A stretch of 64,000 nucleotides of DNA from Nanobdellota archaeon. Lineage in GTDB: Archaea > Nanobdellota > Nanobdellia > Parvarchaeales > Parvarchaeaceae. The notes under the pieces are model-generated. The model did not search any database, was not told the origin of the DNA, and saw only the letters and a list, made by a program, of their open reading frames with translations. The translations under genes and the position numbers were made by a program. The DNA lies in assembly GCA_021794235.1 (NCBI GenBank), contig JAJYRE010000018.1:3441-67440 (forward strand), given 5' to 3'. This document shows positions 60,222-64,000 of this stretch, piece after piece; within the stretch, counting starts at the first letter, position 1; each line of letters starts with the position of its first letter.

Positions 60222-61000
60222 TTAATCCTGTATGAATTTAAGAGGTTTTCTAATTTAATATTTTTAATTGGTTCTGATAGCTTAATTTCACGTTCAAATT
60301 TTTCTAAATTTTCGCGCCCATAAATTTTGACATAGTATTCAGTACTTGATTTGTTCAATCTGTTATAAGAGTAAAATTTACTCTTTATATCGAATTTATT
60401 AAGCATCGCTGCATATTGCTGGGATAAAAAAGGCGAAGTCGACGTAAAAGTAATATTTTTATCACCAACGTAGCCATCAGTACAAGTTAGTCCGTCTATA
60501 ATGCCTCGTACAAAGTCATCTGATTGGGGCATTTTAATTAATTTTACAGAATTTGATTTCTTTTTTTCCCAGAACAGGAATTCTTTAATTATATTTGAGA
60601 TTTCTTTGCTAAAAAAATCAACCAGGATTTCGTATTTGTTTTTTTCAAAACGGATGCGTGAATCTTTGCTAAATACTTTACTAATCACCGATTTCAAATG
60701 TTCCGCATATTTAAATTCGGCCCCACCCAAATAAAATATTATCCTATAACCACGATCTTTGCTATAGACAAGACTACCGTCACCTGCAAATGCTCCCAGA
60801 AATTCACCGAGTTCACGATTGTAATCTGAATTAAATATTGCCTTCTTGTAGAATCTACCGAAATCCTTCCTTACATGGTAATAAAGTGTAGTTTTTTTAA
60901 TTCCAAGAAGACATGATAGTTTATTAAGAGAATACCCATTAGCTTTAAGATCTCTTATTTTTGATAGTTGGTCGTCATTTAACACATTATATTTTAACAT
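60212..61000 (-). CDS. LAGLIDADG homing endonuclease, double-motif, with N-terminal HTH
   Basis: Motif 1 LGAFAGDGSL and motif 2 RGIIDGLTCTDGYV. N-terminal LSKIRDLKANGYSLNKLSCLLGIKKTTLYYHV is an HTH. The stop codon TAG lies at tRNA-Met positions 8-10. Confidence 0.8.
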   Translation of the reverse strand: MLKYNVLNDDQLSKIRDLKANGYSLNKLSCLLGIKKTTLYYHVRKDFGRFYKKAIFNSDYNRELGEFLGAFAGDGSLVYSKDRGYRIIFYLGGAEFKYAEHLKSVISKVFSKDSRIRFEKNKYEILVDFFSKEISNIIKEFLFWEKKKSNSVKLIKMPQSDDFVRGIIDGLTCTDGYVGDKNITFTSTSPFLSQQYAAMLNKFDIKSKFYSYNRLNKSSTEYYVKIYGRENLEKFEREIKLSEPIKNIKLENLLNSYRIKSG

Positions 61001-61023
61001 ATTACAAAATTAGTATAGTTTGT

Positions 61024-61518
61024 TTACCTCTTATAACCTATATCTCTGAGAAATTTATGCCTTTTCTCTTTCTGCTCATCATTCTCAACACCAAAGGGTT
61101 TTTTACCGTCTATAACACCGATTATCGCTCTGCCTTCCTCACCATCGTCGTATACTAGCACTTTAAGAGGATTTGCGGTGGCAGCGTATATATTTAGGAC
61201 TTCATCAACCGCCTTTATCCTGTTTATAACGTTTATAGGATATGCGTCTTTCAAAAGTATAACAAACGAATGGCCTGCCCCAATGGATTCGGCAAATTTT
61301 ACGGCAGTATTGACGAGCGCACTATCATTTCCATCGAAGCGTATTAACCGCTCTCCCGAAGCTTCGTTGAATGCTACCCCAAATTTTATCGAAGGGGAAG
61401 CGCTGACAAGGGTTTCATAGAGATCCTCGACGGTTTTTATGAAGTGAGACTGCCCTAGTATAATATTTACACCATCGTGCAAATCAATTTCAACTTTTCT
61501 GATGCCTGTGTTTTCCAT
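61024..61518 (-). CDS. conserved archaeal protein (possibly adenosine-specific kinase / DUF355 family)
   Basis: 164 aa. Family assignment is from memory of the fold pattern only. Confidence 0.35.
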   Translation of the reverse strand: MENTGIRKVEIDLHDGVNIILGQSHFIKTVEDLYETLVSASPSIKFGVAFNEASGERLIRFDGNDSALVNTAVKFAESIGAGHSFVILLKDAYPINVINRIKAVDEVLNIYAATANPLKVLVYDDGEEGRAIIGVIDGKKPFGVENDEQKEKRHKFLRDIGYKR

Positions 61519-61550
61519 GATTAATCTGATAACTTTCCGATATTTTAAAT

Positions 61551-62828
61551 TTATTTAACGCCTGCCCTCTGCTTTCGTATTTTTCTACGTCTTACGATAT
61601 CCAGTACGATGTAAGCTCCCAAAACTGCGGCTTCTGCAAGTGCTATCACAGGATAGAAATAGTTGTGAAGGAAAAAAAGCAAAGGATTCAAACTTACGGC
61701 GGATAATCCCCCTGAAGGAAGCGCATCTGCGTAATAAACATCTGGTGTAAATTCGTTTGAAGATACATTTAATGCCCCGCCGATACAGTAAATATGCGAA
61801 CCGTATGACGTGCACGTAGGCGTCAGTATGCCAGAAGGATAGGAGTATGCATTGTTCCAGATACCAAGTTGTCCGGTTTGACTAACCGTTGAATAATAAA
61901 CTGAATAATAGTATTGGCTACTAGATACGCCCCCTACACAATAAATATAATCCGAGTAAGGGACGCAGCTCTGACCGGAAATTGCGATAGGAAAGTCTAA
62001 CGTAGGGTGCCAGCCGGATATCGAACCGTTGGATGAGAGACTGCCATAATAATTAAGGGCAACCGGCACTAATCCGCTATCAAAACCGGTTATGCATTCT
62101 ATGGATGTATTGTATGGGACGCACATAGGTGCACTTATGTTTATCGGATAATCAAACGCTTTATGCCAGCCGGATATCGAACCGTTGGAAAAAATTTCAG
62201 AACGGAATACAATGTCTGCTGCAGTACTGCTGCTGTTTATCCCGCCGATACAGTAAATATTACGGCCAGCCAACACACAACTCTGACCGCCGCTTTTAAC
62301 AGGGTAATTATTCAATTTTTTCCATGAGCTTAAGCTTCCATTAGGGTTTATCTTCGCCGAATATACTGTATTTGTATAATTCATGCTAGTGGGTGTAGAT
62401 ATATAGCCGGATAGGCAATAAATCGTATAATTAAATGTTTCACAATTTTCACCCGCCACAGGAATCGGATAGGCAGATGCATTGTGCCATCCACTCAATG
62501 AGCCATTTTGACCTATTTTTGAATAGTATACTGAATTTACGGAGTATAAGGAGGAATTTAAACCGCCTACACAGTAGATATAACCGTTGTATGTAGCACA
62601 CATTTGGAAATATACAGGAAGTGGATACGACGTCGTGGCATTCCACGCACCGGCAAGTGGATTATGTTCCGAGAAATAAACATGGCTGTAATTGGCTCTG
62701 TAACTGCTATAACCGAATTCCCCTGTCAGATTAAACAGTATTGCCAGTAGTATTACTATCAATAATGACACCGTTATCCAAATAATTTTTCCCTTGGATG
62801 AACCCATATTTGATTGATTATTTTTCAT
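61551..62828 (-). CDS. secreted Kelch-repeat beta-propeller protein with C-terminal TM anchor
   Basis: N-terminal TM/signal and at least 6 tandem ~50-aa repeats (...NGS(L/I)SGWH...YP......C....N..IYC(I/V)GG...). C-terminal TM plus RRRKIRK tail. Confidence 0.7.
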   Translation of the reverse strand: MKNNQSNMGSSKGKIIWITVSLLIVILLAILFNLTGEFGYSSYRANYSHVYFSEHNPLAGAWNATTSYPLPVYFQMCATYNGYIYCVGGLNSSLYSVNSVYYSKIGQNGSLSGWHNASAYPIPVAGENCETFNYTIYCLSGYISTPTSMNYTNTVYSAKINPNGSLSSWKKLNNYPVKSGGQSCVLAGRNIYCIGGINSSSTAADIVFRSEIFSNGSISGWHKAFDYPINISAPMCVPYNTSIECITGFDSGLVPVALNYYGSLSSNGSISGWHPTLDFPIAISGQSCVPYSDYIYCVGGVSSSQYYYSVYYSTVSQTGQLGIWNNAYSYPSGILTPTCTSYGSHIYCIGGALNVSSNEFTPDVYYADALPSGGLSAVSLNPLLFFLHNYFYPVIALAEAAVLGAYIVLDIVRRRKIRKQRAGVK

Positions 62829-62836
62829 ACTTATAA

Positions 62837-64000
62837 CTATGTAGGTGCAATTCTACAGAAACCACTTGTAGACGGCGTAAAACTAATTGACTCCGACTGC
62901 CCTGGGAACAATGAACCAGTGGTAGGTGAAGGCGTGTATACTGTTGTATAACCTGATCCTGTCTCGCCTATTGGACATGAGGAAGTAACAGTAATAGAAT
63001 TTACAGAAAATGACTGTTTACTGCTGCTGGCTCCTGTCCCGAATGTTATAGTTGATGTAGTCGAACTACCTGTATTTCCATTATACTTTACCGACCAGCT
63101 CTGCCCTGTGGGTAACCCCGTCTCGGTGAATGTGGTGGTGCATGACCATGAAGAAAACGTATACGAAGTTCCCTGCGCTACGGAGGCTGAAGCAGTACAT
63201 GCGAGTGAGGAAACGGACGCCGATGCCGTTGGTGTATAACTCAAAGGAGTTGTTACGAGTATTATACCCGACCCAGTGGACGCCGACCCGCTGGTACCCG
63301 CATAAGATACCTTCCATGTATATCCACCTGGCAAATTGCTCTCAAAAAATGTATTTGTGCAAGATGAGGACCCCGTGAACGAGATTGAAACAGAATTTCC
63401 AGCCGTGCTAGATCCTGAAGGCGTGTTATACGTAGTTTTGCAGTTTCCTGATGATGACGATGATGCAGAGGAGGTCCATGAGAAGGAACCTGGGCCCGTA
63501 GTAAACTGTATCTGGTTTGAAGTGGAAGTCTTTTTCTGTCCGTCATAAGTGACCGACCACAAATCTCCGGAAGGTAGACTGCTTTCTGTGAATGTTGTTA
63601 TACAGGATGTTGACGATGCAAAGTTAATGCTCGTGCTTGCACCCGCATTTACCGAGCCTGAGCTTGGGGAGGGGGTATAGGTAGTCAGGCAATCTGTGCT
63701 GGAAGATTTGATATAGACGTTATAAACGATATAAGCTATTTTGTTAGCATTATTGGTTACAAAGCTCATGGTAGTAGATGTCGAGCTACTATTTGTATTG
63801 TTAAAGTCCAGATACCACTTAGTTCCGGATGGCAAACCGGTTTCCGAAAAGGTAGTAACGCACTTATCTGAGTAGAATACGAATTTAATATTCTGATTTA
63901 TACCCGCAACCAGATAACCTGAACTCGGGGTTGGTGCATAAACCGAAGTGCATGTACCGGCTATGGTTTTTACGCTGCCCACGGAGAATGAATAGTTACC
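62837..64000 (-). CDS. Ser/Thr/Cys-rich repeat surface protein with thermopsin-C-terminal-like repeats (5' end probably beyond window)
   Basis: Repeats C.TTF(T/S)E(T/S)GLP(S/T)G..W.V.Y.G alternate with C.TTYTPSPSSG. No signal peptide at the ORF-track start (63982), so the gene likely begins upstream of 64000. Confidence 0.6.
   Translation of the reverse strand, partial: GNYSFSVGSVKTIAGTCTSVYAPTPSSGYLVAGINQNIKFVFYSDKCVTTFSETGLPSGTKWYLDFNNTNSSSTSTTMSFVTNNANKIAYIVYNVYIKSSSTDCLTTYTPSPSSGSVNAGASTSINFASSTSCITTFTESSLPSGDLWSVTYDGQKKTSTSNQIQFTTGPGSFSWTSSASSSSSGNCKTTYNTPSGSSTAGNSVSISFTGSSSCTNTFFESNLPGGYTWKVSYAGTSGSASTGSGIILVTTPLSYTPTASASVSSLACTASASVAQGTSYTFSSWSCTTTFTETGLPTGQSWSVKYNGNTGSSTTSTITFGTGASSSKQSFSVNSITVTSSCPIGETGSGYTTVYTPSPTTGSLFPGQSESISFTPSTSGFCRIAPT

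Noticed and set aside
1-64000. CRISPR arrays, rRNA genes, IS elements/transposases, integrases
   Set aside because: No short regularly spaced direct repeats, no rRNA-like conserved stretches, and no DDE/serine/tyrosine recombinase ORFs were seen on either strand. The only long exact repeat found by eye is the 49-bp pair at 43449/46619.

Overview
This window reads as an AT-rich archaeal chromosome segment. The archaeal markers are an rpoH-rpoB''-rpoB'-rpoA'-rpoA'' cluster with a split B subunit, archaeal-type phosphoglycerate mutase, fibrillarin/Nop5, RtcB plus archease, LonB, aMBF1 and class-III-signal-peptide pilin-like proteins. Four tRNAs are present. Gene density is high, mostly on the minus strand, with many short overlaps. 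Housekeeping content includes the RNAP core genes; an isolated ribosomal block (L2-S19-L22-S3-L29) and a stand-alone S8e; pheS/pheT and hisS; nuoJKLMN (the complex I membrane arm only); a bacterial-type grpE-dnaK-dnaJ operon; and a DNA-repair set (Nth, ExoIII, PolX, an Ogg1-type glycosylase, an MGMT/ATL-like protein, RNase HII). tRNAs found by hand-folding: Leu(TAG) 22108-22190(-), Asp(GTC) 36328-36400(-), Ser(TGA) 51876-51958(+), Met/Ile2(CAT) 60150-60221(-). I saw no rRNA, CRISPR array or classical IS/integrase. The less ordinary points are listed here. (1) A ~49-bp near-perfect direct repeat brackets a metallo-beta-lactamase (MBL)-fold hydrolase plus an MMPL/RND transporter segment, next to an ~0.8-kb degenerate gene-poor stretch. 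(2) A free-standing double-motif LAGLIDADG endonuclease with an N-terminal HTH overlaps tRNA-Met. (3) Dph2 is truncated to its first domain and abuts rnhB. (4) Nop5 is N-terminally minimal, and a separate coiled-coil ORF follows fibrillarin. (5) Two paralogous pilin-like surface proteins have a LamG-type lectin ectodomain, clear in the first and assumed for the second. (6) A Kelch-propeller and thermopsin-repeat-like surface protein cluster sits at the right edge. (7) An HExxH membrane protein is present. (8) The ribosomal and nuo operons are fragmented, consistent with a reduced genome (DPANN-like or a Thermoplasmata-associated acidophile; taxonomy is inference only). No single obvious novel multi-gene system (defence, secretion) stands out. 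The repeat-bounded segment and the tRNA-adjacent homing endonuclease are the best candidates for follow-up.
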